Positions 19,152-27,368 of a stretch of 45,433 bases of DNA are shown here, piece by piece; the first letter of the stretch is position 1; the number at the start of each line of letters is the position of its first letter. Source of the stretch: an uncultured Methanosarcinales archaeon (GTDB taxonomy: Archaea; Nanobdellota; Nanobdellia; Woesearchaeales; GW2011-AR4); NCBI GenBank assembly GCA_964524225.1, contig CAZGEW010000002.1, positions 1-45,433 on the forward strand, given 5' to 3'. Below the pieces are notes generated by a model. It was not told the origin of the DNA and searched no databases. It was given only the letters and a program-made list of their open reading frames with translations. Made by a program: the position numbers and the translations under genes.

Positions 19152-19552
19152 TTTTTATTTAATTTTGAGCTCTTATAAAGATGAGGCATGTAAGCATCAA
19201 TTCTTATAATTTCAGCCTTTATTCCTCTTTTCTTCAATTCTTCCTCAAGCTGCTGCATTTGCACCTTTTGGTCGTAGCCTAAGCAGATGATATCCGGCTT
19301 TAAATCTTCAATAATTTTGAATATATCACCTTTATTACCCAATACAGCTTTATCAACAATCTTAAGCATCCTCACCGCTTCCAGTCTATCTTTTTCATTA
19401 TGCAAAGGATTTTTCCCTTTGAATGCCTTAGATGTTTCATCCCTTGCAACTACAACAATCAGTTCATCGCCATATTTCTTAGCTTCAGAAAGATAGTATA
19501 AATGTCCTGGATGAATTATATCAAAAGTGCCAGTACACATTATTTTTTTCAT
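19148..19552 (-). CDS. ribL: cytidylyltransferase-family protein, RibL-like FAD synthase
   Basis: CTGTFDIIHPGHLYYLSEAKKYGDELIVVVARDET (the (H/T)xGH motif). Start trimmed to MKKIMC. Confidence 0.7.
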   Translation of the reverse strand: MKKIMCTGTFDIIHPGHLYYLSEAKKYGDELIVVVARDETSKAFKGKNPLHNEKDRLEAVRMLKIVDKAVLGNKGDIFKIIEDLKPDIICLGYDQKVQMQQLEEELKKRGIKAEIIRIDAYMPHLYKSSKLNKK

Positions 19553-19622
19553 TAGATAAAGAATAAAAATTAAATTTAAAAAGGTTGTGGGGGGGGAATG
19601 GAATAAACTAAGAATTGAACTG

Positions 19623-22070
19623 TCAACTTGTAACATTTAATGCTTCTATTCCAAAATATTTTTGGATTGCTGTTTTCACAGTTTTAGGCGGCTTATCTGT
19701 TTCAAAAATAAAAACATTGTCAATTTTTCCATCGCGTGATGTGTGGTCATTTGCTGTATAGATGTTAGCACCAACTTTTTCTGATAAAGTTCTTGTTACT
19801 GCATATAATAAACCCCTCATATCTTCTCCCCTCATTACCGTTCTATAATATCCTAAATCTGCTAGATATTCTAGTCCTATAGTACTAATATTAACTTGTT
19901 TTAATAAGGGAGCTATAGGTATATCAATATCCTCTCTTTGAACAATTATCCTTTCTAGGTCTTTCCTGAATTCTTCTATGTTTGTTTCATTGGCAATTGC
20001 AATATCAAAAAAATCTAAAGCCAATTTGTATGGCTCTTTTAAAGAATAAATTCGTGCGTGTTTTATATTTAGTCCATGTTTATAGCAAGTTCCTGCAATT
20101 CTCCAGAAGAGTCCTTCATAATCCTCAGCATAGACTGCTAATGAGCCACTGCTTTCGGAATAATTAACATTGTACTCTAATTTAGGTTTTTTCTTCTCAT
20201 TTACCTCTCTAAGTTTATTGATATGCGTCATTAAGTCCGGTGCATACCTACTATAAAAGAAGTTTTCTGGTAAAGCGTCAGCAATAGACCTACCTTCTTC
20301 ATCTAGTTTAAATGGATCGTAATAAGTACGTTTTTCATTAAGTAATCTGCTCATTAGATTTTTGTATAAGTCAATAACATTTGCCCATTGTTCTCGTGAA
20401 AACTTCCTTTGTTTTCCATGGCCTAAATCAGCATAAGTAAACAAAAATAAATTTCTTAGATGTGATACGCCTGGTAGTTCTCCTACTAAGTGATTTATAT
20501 CCTTCGGCTCATCAATAATACGCCTTTGTGCCGAATCAAATAACAAGCCTTTATTTTCTATTAAGAAAGCTATAGTTTCAGATAAAGGAGCAATCTGTGA
20601 ATATTGTTTAGTCAATATTTTTGTATACGCCTCGGTGTCAGTTCTAAGAATTTCTGGAATCCCTTTGCAAAGCAGAGCAAACCTTAATGCCCTCAATTCT
20701 TCAGGTTCTAAAGCAGAGTATTCTGTTGCAAAGAATTTTGTTTGCTCATCTGCATCTCCACTAACATTTTGTAGAGTTTCTAAATTTTCTATTCTTCGTA
20801 TTGCTTGACCTTCTCGAGTTATTCCCCTATTTCTATGAGTTGGTTCAAAGAGAGAAAATTCCAAATCTGAAAAACCTGGAACAAGCTTTCCTAAAACATT
20901 GAAACTTTGTAAATACCTCAAAGTTCTACTTAAACTTCCTCTTACAGAAAATAAGTCTAAAAATACTGGGTGTGGTTGTACAAAATCATGTGCTCTGGCT
21001 AACAAATTATGATCTTCATCAGAACTTACGTCAAGTCCGTATTTCTGGGCATTAAGAAGTAATGTATAAAATGCGATATTCTCATTAAAATTTGGCATCC
21101 TACTAAATCGTAAACTAGAATGTCTGTATTCTACACCACCATCAATAGTTACAGTCTTCTGACCGATTACCATCTCAGTATAACGTTCTATGACTTTTCT
21201 GGCTGATAAATAAACTCTGACGCTATCATCACCAAAGTATTTTCTAAATTCAATGAAATCATCATAAGATAATTCGTCATTTGATAGGATCCCTGGAGGT
21301 GGACCTTTTCTAAGATTTAGCCAAGCTCTAACTTTTAGGAGAATACCTACAGCTTCCATTACATCAGCTGGCACTTTACTATAGACATACCTTGATGACT
21401 CAAAGTTCTCTATTGCTTGTAGCCATACTGCTGTATTAAAATACCTTAGACCACCTATTCCATATTTAATGTTAAATGACTTTAGATTTTCTATTTTCCT
21501 AGGGAATTTGTGTTGTTGTTCTTTTAATTCGCCTGACTTAGCCAACACAAACTCAAGTGGATTAACATAAGCTTTAAGTTGCTCTCTAACGTTATGTTCA
21601 AGATTAAAGTTACCAGCAATTGGTCTAAGGTCTAAAAGACTCGTTTGAATTACATGCTTATCGTCTCTTTCAGGCAGGGCTTCGTCTAAATCATAAATGA
21701 CAATATTTCCTTTAATCTGAGGATGCATTGTATAGAAATCTTGTAAGGCATGCCAGAGACTGTTTACATGTTTGTCAAGGCGCCTAAAAACTAATACTAA
21801 ATCTGTATCTGAATTTGGAGTAGTTTCCTCTCTCCCATAACTAGCACAAGCTGCAAGTAGTACGTTATCATTTGATAGCCCGGTATTTTGGTAAAAATAC
21901 CTAACTACCGCATCTAGCAAAATCGCGCGTTGTTTTGTTATTTCAAAACCATTTTGTAATGTTGAACTGAGTATAGCGTCGCGAATTCTGCTAATGCCAA
22001 TGTCAATAGCTCTAATTAATCCTTCTTTTTTTATTAAATCGTCTAAAGAAGTGGCCATGCTATCATCCAT
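19623..22070 (-). CDS. GlnD-like nucleotidyltransferase (NTase, HD-like region, two ACT domains)
   Basis: 815 aa. NTase motif CASYGREETTPNSDTDLVLVF, GlnD-type DLRPIAGN, an HD-like region reading FALLCKGIPE, and two C-terminal ACT-like segments (LAVYAEDYEGLFWRIAGT..., VMRGEDMRGLLYAVTRTL...). Confidence 0.65.
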   Translation of the reverse strand: MDDSMATSLDDLIKKEGLIRAIDIGISRIRDAILSSTLQNGFEITKQRAILLDAVVRYFYQNTGLSNDNVLLAACASYGREETTPNSDTDLVLVFRRLDKHVNSLWHALQDFYTMHPQIKGNIVIYDLDEALPERDDKHVIQTSLLDLRPIAGNFNLEHNVREQLKAYVNPLEFVLAKSGELKEQQHKFPRKIENLKSFNIKYGIGGLRYFNTAVWLQAIENFESSRYVYSKVPADVMEAVGILLKVRAWLNLRKGPPPGILSNDELSYDDFIEFRKYFGDDSVRVYLSARKVIERYTEMVIGQKTVTIDGGVEYRHSSLRFSRMPNFNENIAFYTLLLNAQKYGLDVSSDEDHNLLARAHDFVQPHPVFLDLFSVRGSLSRTLRYLQSFNVLGKLVPGFSDLEFSLFEPTHRNRGITREGQAIRRIENLETLQNVSGDADEQTKFFATEYSALEPEELRALRFALLCKGIPEILRTDTEAYTKILTKQYSQIAPLSETIAFLIENKGLLFDSAQRRIIDEPKDINHLVGELPGVSHLRNLFLFTYADLGHGKQRKFSREQWANVIDLYKNLMSRLLNEKRTYYDPFKLDEEGRSIADALPENFFYSRYAPDLMTHINKLREVNEKKKPKLEYNVNYSESSGSLAVYAEDYEGLFWRIAGTCYKHGLNIKHARIYSLKEPYKLALDFFDIAIANETNIEEFRKDLERIIVQREDIDIPIAPLLKQVNISTIGLEYLADLGYYRTVMRGEDMRGLLYAVTRTLSEKVGANIYTANDHTSRDGKIDNVFIFETDKPPKTVKTAIQKYFGIEALNVTS

Positions 22071-22262
22071 AATTAATTTGAATTAGTCTCATCCATCATA
22101 AATTAAGTACCTCAATAAATCAAGAGCTTATGGATTTTATTGATATTTATATCATTTTCTAATATTTATTAAACAAAAAGTTATAAAAAATAAAAAATTT
22201 TAAATATTTGTTTAGAAATCTATAATTAAACTATCAGAAAATAAATGAATATTACAAATCAC

Positions 22263-22295
22263 AAAATTTTTTCAATCTACGATTGAAAAAATTTT
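22263..22295. repeat. perfect 15-bp hairpin flanked by A/T tracts (H5)
   Basis: aaaattttttcaatc-tac-gattgaaaaaatttt, upstream of lrp. Confidence 0.8.
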
Positions 22296-22313
22296 CATAA
22301 GTATTACATGAGG

Positions 22314-22346
22314 AAAAAATTCAATAGCTCTGCTATTGAATTTTTT
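22314..22346. repeat. perfect 15-bp hairpin flanked by A/T tracts (H6)
   Basis: aaaaaattcaatagc-tct-gctattgaatttttt. It ends about 10 nt before the lrp ATG. Confidence 0.8.
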
Positions 22347-22355
22347 TAGAATCAA

Positions 22356-22802
22356 ATGCAACTTGAAGAAACTGACAAAAAAATATTGAACACACTAATA
22401 GAGAACTCAAGACTTTCTTTAAGACAGATTGCCAAACAAGCAAAAGTTTCAGTAGCAACTGTTATGCATCATATAAAAAAATTGGAAAATGAAAGAATAA
22501 TAGAAAAGTATACAGCAAAACTCGATTACGAAAAGATAGGTTTTGATGTTGAAGTTATGATTGAAATAAGAATCTCTAAAGGAAAGTTGTTTGATGTTGA
22601 AAAAAAGATTGCAATGCATCCTAATGTTTTTGCAGTTTATGATATAACAGGAGCCTTTGATGCTGTAATTCTTGCTAGATTCCCAACAAGAAGACAGATG
22701 GATAATTTTCTGAAAAAATTACAAACTTATGATTTTGTTGAAAGGACAGAAACAAAATTAATTCTTAATACAATTAAGGAAGAGAGTGTTAGTGTGGTTT
22801 AA
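22356..22802 (+). CDS. Lrp/AsnC-family transcriptional regulator
   Basis: 148 aa. An HTH (LDETDKKILNTLIENSRLSLRQIAKQAKVSVATVMHHIKKLE) followed by a RAM/ACT-like domain. Confidence 0.85.
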   Translation: MQLEETDKKILNTLIENSRLSLRQIAKQAKVSVATVMHHIKKLENERIIEKYTAKLDYEKIGFDVEVMIEIRISKGKLFDVEKKIAMHPNVFAVYDITGAFDAVILARFPTRRQMDNFLKKLQTYDFVERTETKLILNTIKEESVSVV

Positions 22803-22810
22803 TTATATAC

Positions 22811-22839
22811 AAAAATTTCAATCCAAGATTTAAATTTTT
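22811..22839. repeat. imperfect (12/13) hairpin of the same family (H7)
   Basis: aaaaatttcaatc-caa-gatttaaattttt, just downstream of the lrp stop. Confidence 0.6.
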
Positions 22840-22846
22840 AGTTTAA

Positions 22847-22996
22847 TGGGGCTGCCCGGATTTTCAACAACCTTGCAGTTGATTGTTTTGAACCGGGGTC
22901 GGACCCAATTTATAAGAAAAAATTTCAACAATTTGTATGTTGAAATTTTTTATTTGCCCCAAGGGCCAATGATAGTCCAAGCTACACCACAGCCCC
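22847..22996 (-). tRNA. tRNA-Pro(GGG): tRNA-Pro(GGG) with two introns (anticodon loop, about 22908-22956; T-loop, about 22861-22886)
   Basis: Hand fold. Acceptor GGGGCUG/CAGCCCC plus A73, D arm GUGUAGCUUGGACUAUCAU, anticodon stem GGCCC/GGGUC with loop UU-GGG-G then a ~49-nt insert, T stem CCCGG/CCGGG with loop UUCAAA then a ~26-nt insert then U. Confidence 0.7.
22917..22951. repeat. perfect 14-bp hairpin of the same family inside the tRNA-Pro anticodon-loop intron (H8)
   Basis: aaaaaatttcaaca-atttgta-tgttgaaatttttt. Confidence 0.8.
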
Positions 22997-23021
22997 CATC
23001 CTGAAGGGGAAAACTATAAAA

Positions 23022-23028
23022 TTTTAAA
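23022..23028 (-). promoter_or_regulatory. TATA-like box upstream of tRNA-Pro
   Basis: The minus strand reads CTTTAAAATTTTATAG. The TTTAAAA element lies about 26-32 nt upstream of the mature 5' end. Confidence 0.45.
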
Positions 23029-23070
23029 GATTTTTTGCTTTAACAGCAGATAATAATTAAATCATAAAAA

Positions 23071-25278
23071 CTAACTAATCTGCACAATTCCACTGTACCT
23101 TAATCCTTCCACCTTGTACTTATTAATTGTGGAGTTATAAGTGCATTTATAGGAGTTTCTTAATCTGCCATTGCATTTGATTTTGTATTCATAAGCCGAT
23201 TTGCATCCCCTGTTTATGTTGCTAATTTCATGTAGTTCTGTGTCCTTTATACAGACTTTGTTTAGAGTCCTATCAATCCTATCAACATACATTATCTTCT
23301 TTTTTGAAGCTGGCATTTTTAAACCATTAAATAATAAAGACCCTTTTTGATTAGGCAATTGCTTATCAATTGTAATATTTGTCAAATTCAATTTACCTAA
23401 TGAGAAATTAAACTCAAAATTTACTACGGTAATACCATTATCTAGAAATTTTACAATATGGCTTCCATTAAGCAACCTTGATAAGTTATTAGAATCAGCT
23501 ATCAAAATTGTCAAATTAATTGTGGAGGTATTTACAGAGTTTTTATCTCCTATAATATTATCTATAGCATCGCTTATTCCATCATTATCGGAATCATTAT
23601 TAAGCTCTAAAACAACAACCTCAAAAATTTGGGAATCATTTATGAAACCATCTGATGCAGTTGCCCTTAAAGTATACACGCCACCGTCATTAATCGAAGT
23701 TAACCATTCAAAAACATTTGAATTGTTTGAAAATTTTGTCGAGTTAATTGAATATGTGATACTATCACCATTTGTATCAATAGCTGTTAGGTTTATTATT
23801 ATTTTATCGCCTTCGCTTACAGTAATATTTTCTACTGGTGATAATTGTGGTTTCCTATTAACTTTTATAATAATCTTTTTTAAATTGTTGCTTTCATTTA
23901 ATTCCTCTACAAAGTCTTCAAAATCAATAATAGAACTAACCTCAAAATCGGAAAAGTCTGTAAAATTGAATTGATAGAAAATATCAGTTTTAGGACTCAT
24001 AAGAATTGATATATCCCTCCTTAAAAATGAGACATTGTCAAAAATCTCAGTGAATACATTAAATGCGCTGATAGTCCCAATGTTTTTAAAGCTAAAATTT
24101 ATGCTTATGTTGCTTATACCATAATTATGCTTATCAGAAACTGAAACATTAATTGTTAAATCTGAGAAAAGAGGAGGTTCAAAATCATTAAAATTGTAAG
24201 TGCTTGTCACATAAGCATTATTTAATTGGTCTATTAGAACTCCATTCTCGTAAAGTCTTACATATTTAACTAAATATGGGGCATTAAGCTTTTTATCATA
24301 AATTTTGGAACCATTAATAAGAACTGACATTTGGTTGTTTCCAACACTTAAAATTGAACTAACATTTTTTATCTCTATTATGTCGCTTAAGGAATCATAA
24401 AATGCCAACTCTAGAGTATAAAGGTTATCATTTAAAATCTCAATATTAGTCTTAAGTTCGAGGAAATCGTACTTATTGTTACCATTGATATCGATAGGTG
24501 TTTCGCTTAAGCTGCTTATGTAAGATGTTGTAGCAAAATCTTTGAAATCATAAAGATTAGTTACAAAATTTGTCTTAGTAAGCTTTTTATCTATTTTCAA
24601 TGAAATATTTTCAAAATTACCGATATGATGTGTCCTCTTAATAGTTTCGTTATCTATTAAGAAGATTAAATAGTTTATAGAATCATTTATAGATTTATTT
24701 GTATTTATAAAAATCGCAGAATTGTTATAATATAGAAAGACACTTACTTCGGATATACCAGATATTGAAGAATTTAATGTCACGTTTATCATAATACCCT
24801 TATCTAGCTTCAGGTCTCCTAAATTTAGTATGCTGAATCCTTTTTCATAGTTAGTGTAATTCTGTGATAGAATGTTGTCTTTCCTGTATACTAAGCTGTA
24901 GGTAGAGTTGTAAATTTTTATAGAATAATTAAATTGAGCTTGTGTCAATGAGGTAGAGTCAATTGATAAATTGATTCTGTTTAGTCCATTTGTTAAGCTT
25001 ATATTGCTCTCATTTGTTATAATGCCATTTGAATCATAAACATTTACAACAAAAATAAAATTGCCATAGTCATTATCTGTTGTCAATTCAAATATTACTC
25101 TGTTACCTATACCATCATAATTTGTGTCTACCATATAATCTGAAAAATTTAAGACATTAATTTGTATCGATGTCATCGAAAAATTATATTTATTAAGTAA
25201 CTGCCTTACAGATATAGGACTAACTGATGTAACTAAAAATAAGAATATTAAAAATACCACCCCGCTCTTTTTCATCAA
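23071..25278 (-). CDS. large secreted surface protein, sequon-rich, with cadherin/Ig-like repeat and Ca-binding D-rich repeat
   Basis: 735 aa. Signal peptide MMKKSGVVFLIFLFLVTSVSP, very many N-x-S/T sequons, an Ig/cadherin-like segment (ITVSEGDKIIINLTAIDTNGDSITYSI...GGVYTLRATASDG), NNDSDNDGISDAIDN, and a Cys-rich C-terminus. Confidence 0.6.
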   Translation of the reverse strand: MMKKSGVVFLIFLFLVTSVSPISVRQLLNKYNFSMTSIQINVLNFSDYMVDTNYDGIGNRVIFELTTDNDYGNFIFVVNVYDSNGIITNESNISLTNGLNRINLSIDSTSLTQAQFNYSIKIYNSTYSLVYRKDNILSQNYTNYEKGFSILNLGDLKLDKGIMINVTLNSSISGISEVSVFLYYNNSAIFINTNKSINDSINYLIFLIDNETIKRTHHIGNFENISLKIDKKLTKTNFVTNLYDFKDFATTSYISSLSETPIDINGNNKYDFLELKTNIEILNDNLYTLELAFYDSLSDIIEIKNVSSILSVGNNQMSVLINGSKIYDKKLNAPYLVKYVRLYENGVLIDQLNNAYVTSTYNFNDFEPPLFSDLTINVSVSDKHNYGISNISINFSFKNIGTISAFNVFTEIFDNVSFLRRDISILMSPKTDIFYQFNFTDFSDFEVSSIIDFEDFVEELNESNNLKKIIIKVNRKPQLSPVENITVSEGDKIIINLTAIDTNGDSITYSINSTKFSNNSNVFEWLTSINDGGVYTLRATASDGFINDSQIFEVVVLELNNDSDNDGISDAIDNIIGDKNSVNTSTINLTILIADSNNLSRLLNGSHIVKFLDNGITVVNFEFNFSLGKLNLTNITIDKQLPNQKGSLLFNGLKMPASKKKIMYVDRIDRTLNKVCIKDTELHEISNINRGCKSAYEYKIKCNGRLRNSYKCTYNSTINKYKVEGLRYSGIVQIS

Positions 25279-25331
25279 CTATCAAAATAAATGCAATTTT
25301 AAAAATTTTTTGGTTAAGAAAAAACTTAAGT

Positions 25332-25339
25332 TTTATATA
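25332..25339 (+). promoter_or_regulatory. TATA box upstream of tRNA-Glu
   Basis: TTTATATA, 26-33 nt upstream of the mature 5' end at 25365. Confidence 0.5.
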
Positions 25340-25364
25340 ATTGTGATTAAACCTCCAACCTATT

Positions 25365-25595
25365 GCTCCCGTAGTGTAGCCCGATAATCTTTTGCGAAAA
25401 AGATGTAAAAGATTTGGCTAAGACAATCATACTGCCCTCTCGTGATACACGAAGAAAGGCAGTGACCCGAGTTCAAACTTTTAAATCAAAAATTTGGACT
25501 TTGTCGCAAATTTTGCAGATTGTAAGCAATCTGGAAAAAATTTGTTTCTCGAAGAAACAAATTTTTTCGTGTTGATGAAAGTCTCGGCGGGAGCA
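25365..25595 (+). tRNA. tRNA-Glu(CUC): tRNA-Glu(CUC) with three insertions (D region about 38-41 nt near 25382-25423; anticodon loop 25443-25456; T-loop 25478-25581)
   Basis: Hand fold. Acceptor GCUCCCG/CGGGAGC plus A73, GUGUAGCCCG...CAAUCAUA D arm interrupted, anticodon stem CUGCC/GGCAG with loop CU-CUC-G then a 14-nt insert then A, T stem CCGAG/CUCGG with loop UUCAAA then a ~104-nt insert then U. The exon sequence closely resembles canonical archaeal tRNA-Glu as I recall it. Confidence 0.7.
25535..25567. repeat. perfect 15-bp A/T-tract hairpin inside the tRNA-Glu T-loop intron (H9)
   Basis: aaaaaatttgtttct-cga-agaaacaaatttttt. Confidence 0.8.
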
Positions 25596-25597
25596 TA
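25583..25597 (+). repeat. 15-nt direct repeat, copy 1 (3' end of tRNA-Glu)
   Basis: ctcggcgggagcata, identical to 27369-27383. Confidence 0.8.
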
Positions 25598-25816
25598 TTT
25601 TTAGTTTATCGACTATAAAATCAATAATTTTGATATGTCGAAAATATACCATCAGTCTTCAAGTTTTTGAGTATGATGACAAGTATAAGTGAAATAAAAC
25701 AGTTAAATATTTAAATAATTCGGTCTAACAAATAAAGTATATCACAAAGAGAATTAAGAATTCTGTGATTTTTTTGTCAAAATAAAAACACTGAATCTTG
25801 TTTGATTTGAGCTATT

Positions 25817-25844
25817 ATTATTAAACAAAAATTATTAAACAAAA
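25817..25844 (+). repeat. tandem 14-nt direct repeat immediately upstream of the GT2 ORF
   Basis: attattaaacaaaa occurs twice in tandem, ending 2 nt before the ATG at 25847. Confidence 0.6.
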
Positions 25845-25846
25845 CC

Positions 25847-27331
25847 ATGAAAAATGCAGCCCAAACGTTAGAAACTGGAAAACTAACAGTTATAGCTCCA
25901 GCCTTCAATGAAAGGAATAGTATAGCTGATACTATTATTAGCCTAAAGAACCAGACTAGTGCTAAAGTCAACTCCATTTTTGGACTTCCAATGAACACGG
26001 TGAACATGGCTTTTCTATTTTCTTTTTATATGCTCACTGCGCTAGTATTTTATTTTGCTGCATTTAAAAATTACACCCCTATGGATGAATTTTTCAGTAT
26101 TCGTCTTGTTATTCTTCTTTTGTTTGCACCAATTATTATAAAGTATGTAATTCATCTACTAATTGCTCCTTGGTACCCTATTGTTGAGTTCTTCCGGTCA
26201 AAGAAGCAACCAGTTGAACATGTTCCGTCTGTGTCAGTGATTATACCATCATGGAATGAGGGGGTAGGTATTGTAAAAACTATACAATCTGTTATTGACA
26301 CCAACTACCCAAAACTAGAAATTATTGTCATTAATGATGGGTCTACCGATAATACTCATGACGTGGTTCTGCAATTTATTGACACCCATAATAGTAACCC
26401 TAAAAAAAATTGTATTCCTATCAAATATAAATATGTGCAAAATGGCGGGAAGGCTCGTGCTCTTAATTTTGGAACTTCAATGGCACTTGGCGATATTGTA
26501 ATTACGATTGATGCTGATAGTGTTATGGACTCCAATGCTATCAAAAACATGGTTAAGCATTTTACTAATCCACGCGTTGCTTCTGTTGCAGGTAACGTTG
26601 CTATTGGTAACTGTACTAAACCTATAGGGCTTATTCAGCAGCTAGAGTATCTTTATGGTTTTTATTTCAAGCGTGCCGAGTCACTTATGAATGCCGTATA
26701 TATTGTTGGTGGCGCTGCCGCAGCCTATAGAAAAAAGATTGTTGTTGATCTTGGGGGTTTTGATGAAACTATAATCACAGAAGATATTGAACTCTCCACT
26801 CGTTTGCAGGATAAGGGTTATCGCGTGCGTTATGCTGCAGATGCAATTGTGTACACAGAGGGACCTTCAAATTTTAAAGGATTATTTAACCAACGTTTGC
26901 GCTGGAAATTTGGCCGACTTCTTACATTTTATAAATATCGTCACCTTTTCTTTAGCTTTAACAAAAAGCACAATTTTTATTTAAGTTTTGTGGTACTTCC
27001 TATAGCATTGTTTGCCGAAATTCTACTTTTTTTTGAAGGTCTTTTATTAGCGGTGTTTTATATATATACATTTTATACAAATGACTTTGCACCATTGGTA
27101 TTTGTTATACTGTTGCTAACTGGCGTTATTGGATTTCAGATTATTTCAGATTCCAACACTCGTTACCATAGGAATTTATTACTGATTGCTCCATGTGCAT
27201 GGATTCTATTTTATATTATAGATTTTGTTGAATACTGCTCTCTTATAAAAAGCATCGGGTATGTAGCTAAAAAACAGAACCCGGTATGGCAAAGTTGGTC
27301 TCGCGTTGGAGTTTTTGAAAATACATCATAA
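25847..27331 (+). CDS. family-2 glycosyltransferase, processive beta-glycan synthase type (PgaC/NodC/chitin-synthase-like), chimeric N-terminus
   Basis: VSVIIPSWNEG, VINDGSTDNT, TIDADS, ITEDIELSTRL and QRLRWKFG (QxxRW), with N- and C-terminal TM helices. The first ~45 codons (LTVIAPAFNERNSIADTIISLKNQT) look like the 5' end of a second GT2 gene fused in frame. The functional start may be Met49 (about 25991). Confidence 0.8.
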   Translation: MKNAAQTLETGKLTVIAPAFNERNSIADTIISLKNQTSAKVNSIFGLPMNTVNMAFLFSFYMLTALVFYFAAFKNYTPMDEFFSIRLVILLLFAPIIIKYVIHLLIAPWYPIVEFFRSKKQPVEHVPSVSVIIPSWNEGVGIVKTIQSVIDTNYPKLEIIVINDGSTDNTHDVVLQFIDTHNSNPKKNCIPIKYKYVQNGGKARALNFGTSMALGDIVITIDADSVMDSNAIKNMVKHFTNPRVASVAGNVAIGNCTKPIGLIQQLEYLYGFYFKRAESLMNAVYIVGGAAAAYRKKIVVDLGGFDETIITEDIELSTRLQDKGYRVRYAADAIVYTEGPSNFKGLFNQRLRWKFGRLLTFYKYRHLFFSFNKKHNFYLSFVVLPIALFAEILLFFEGLLLAVFYIYTFYTNDFAPLVFVILLLTGVIGFQIISDSNTRYHRNLLLIAPCAWILFYIIDFVEYCSLIKSIGYVAKKQNPVWQSWSRVGVFENTS

Positions 27332-27368
27332 ATATACTATCCCAGATATTGGACAAAAAGGCTACTTA

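Noticed and set aside
25777-26007. 76-aa minus-strand ORF overlapping the start of the GT2 gene.
   Set aside because: It is antisense to a motif-bearing GT2 coding region and is probably spurious.
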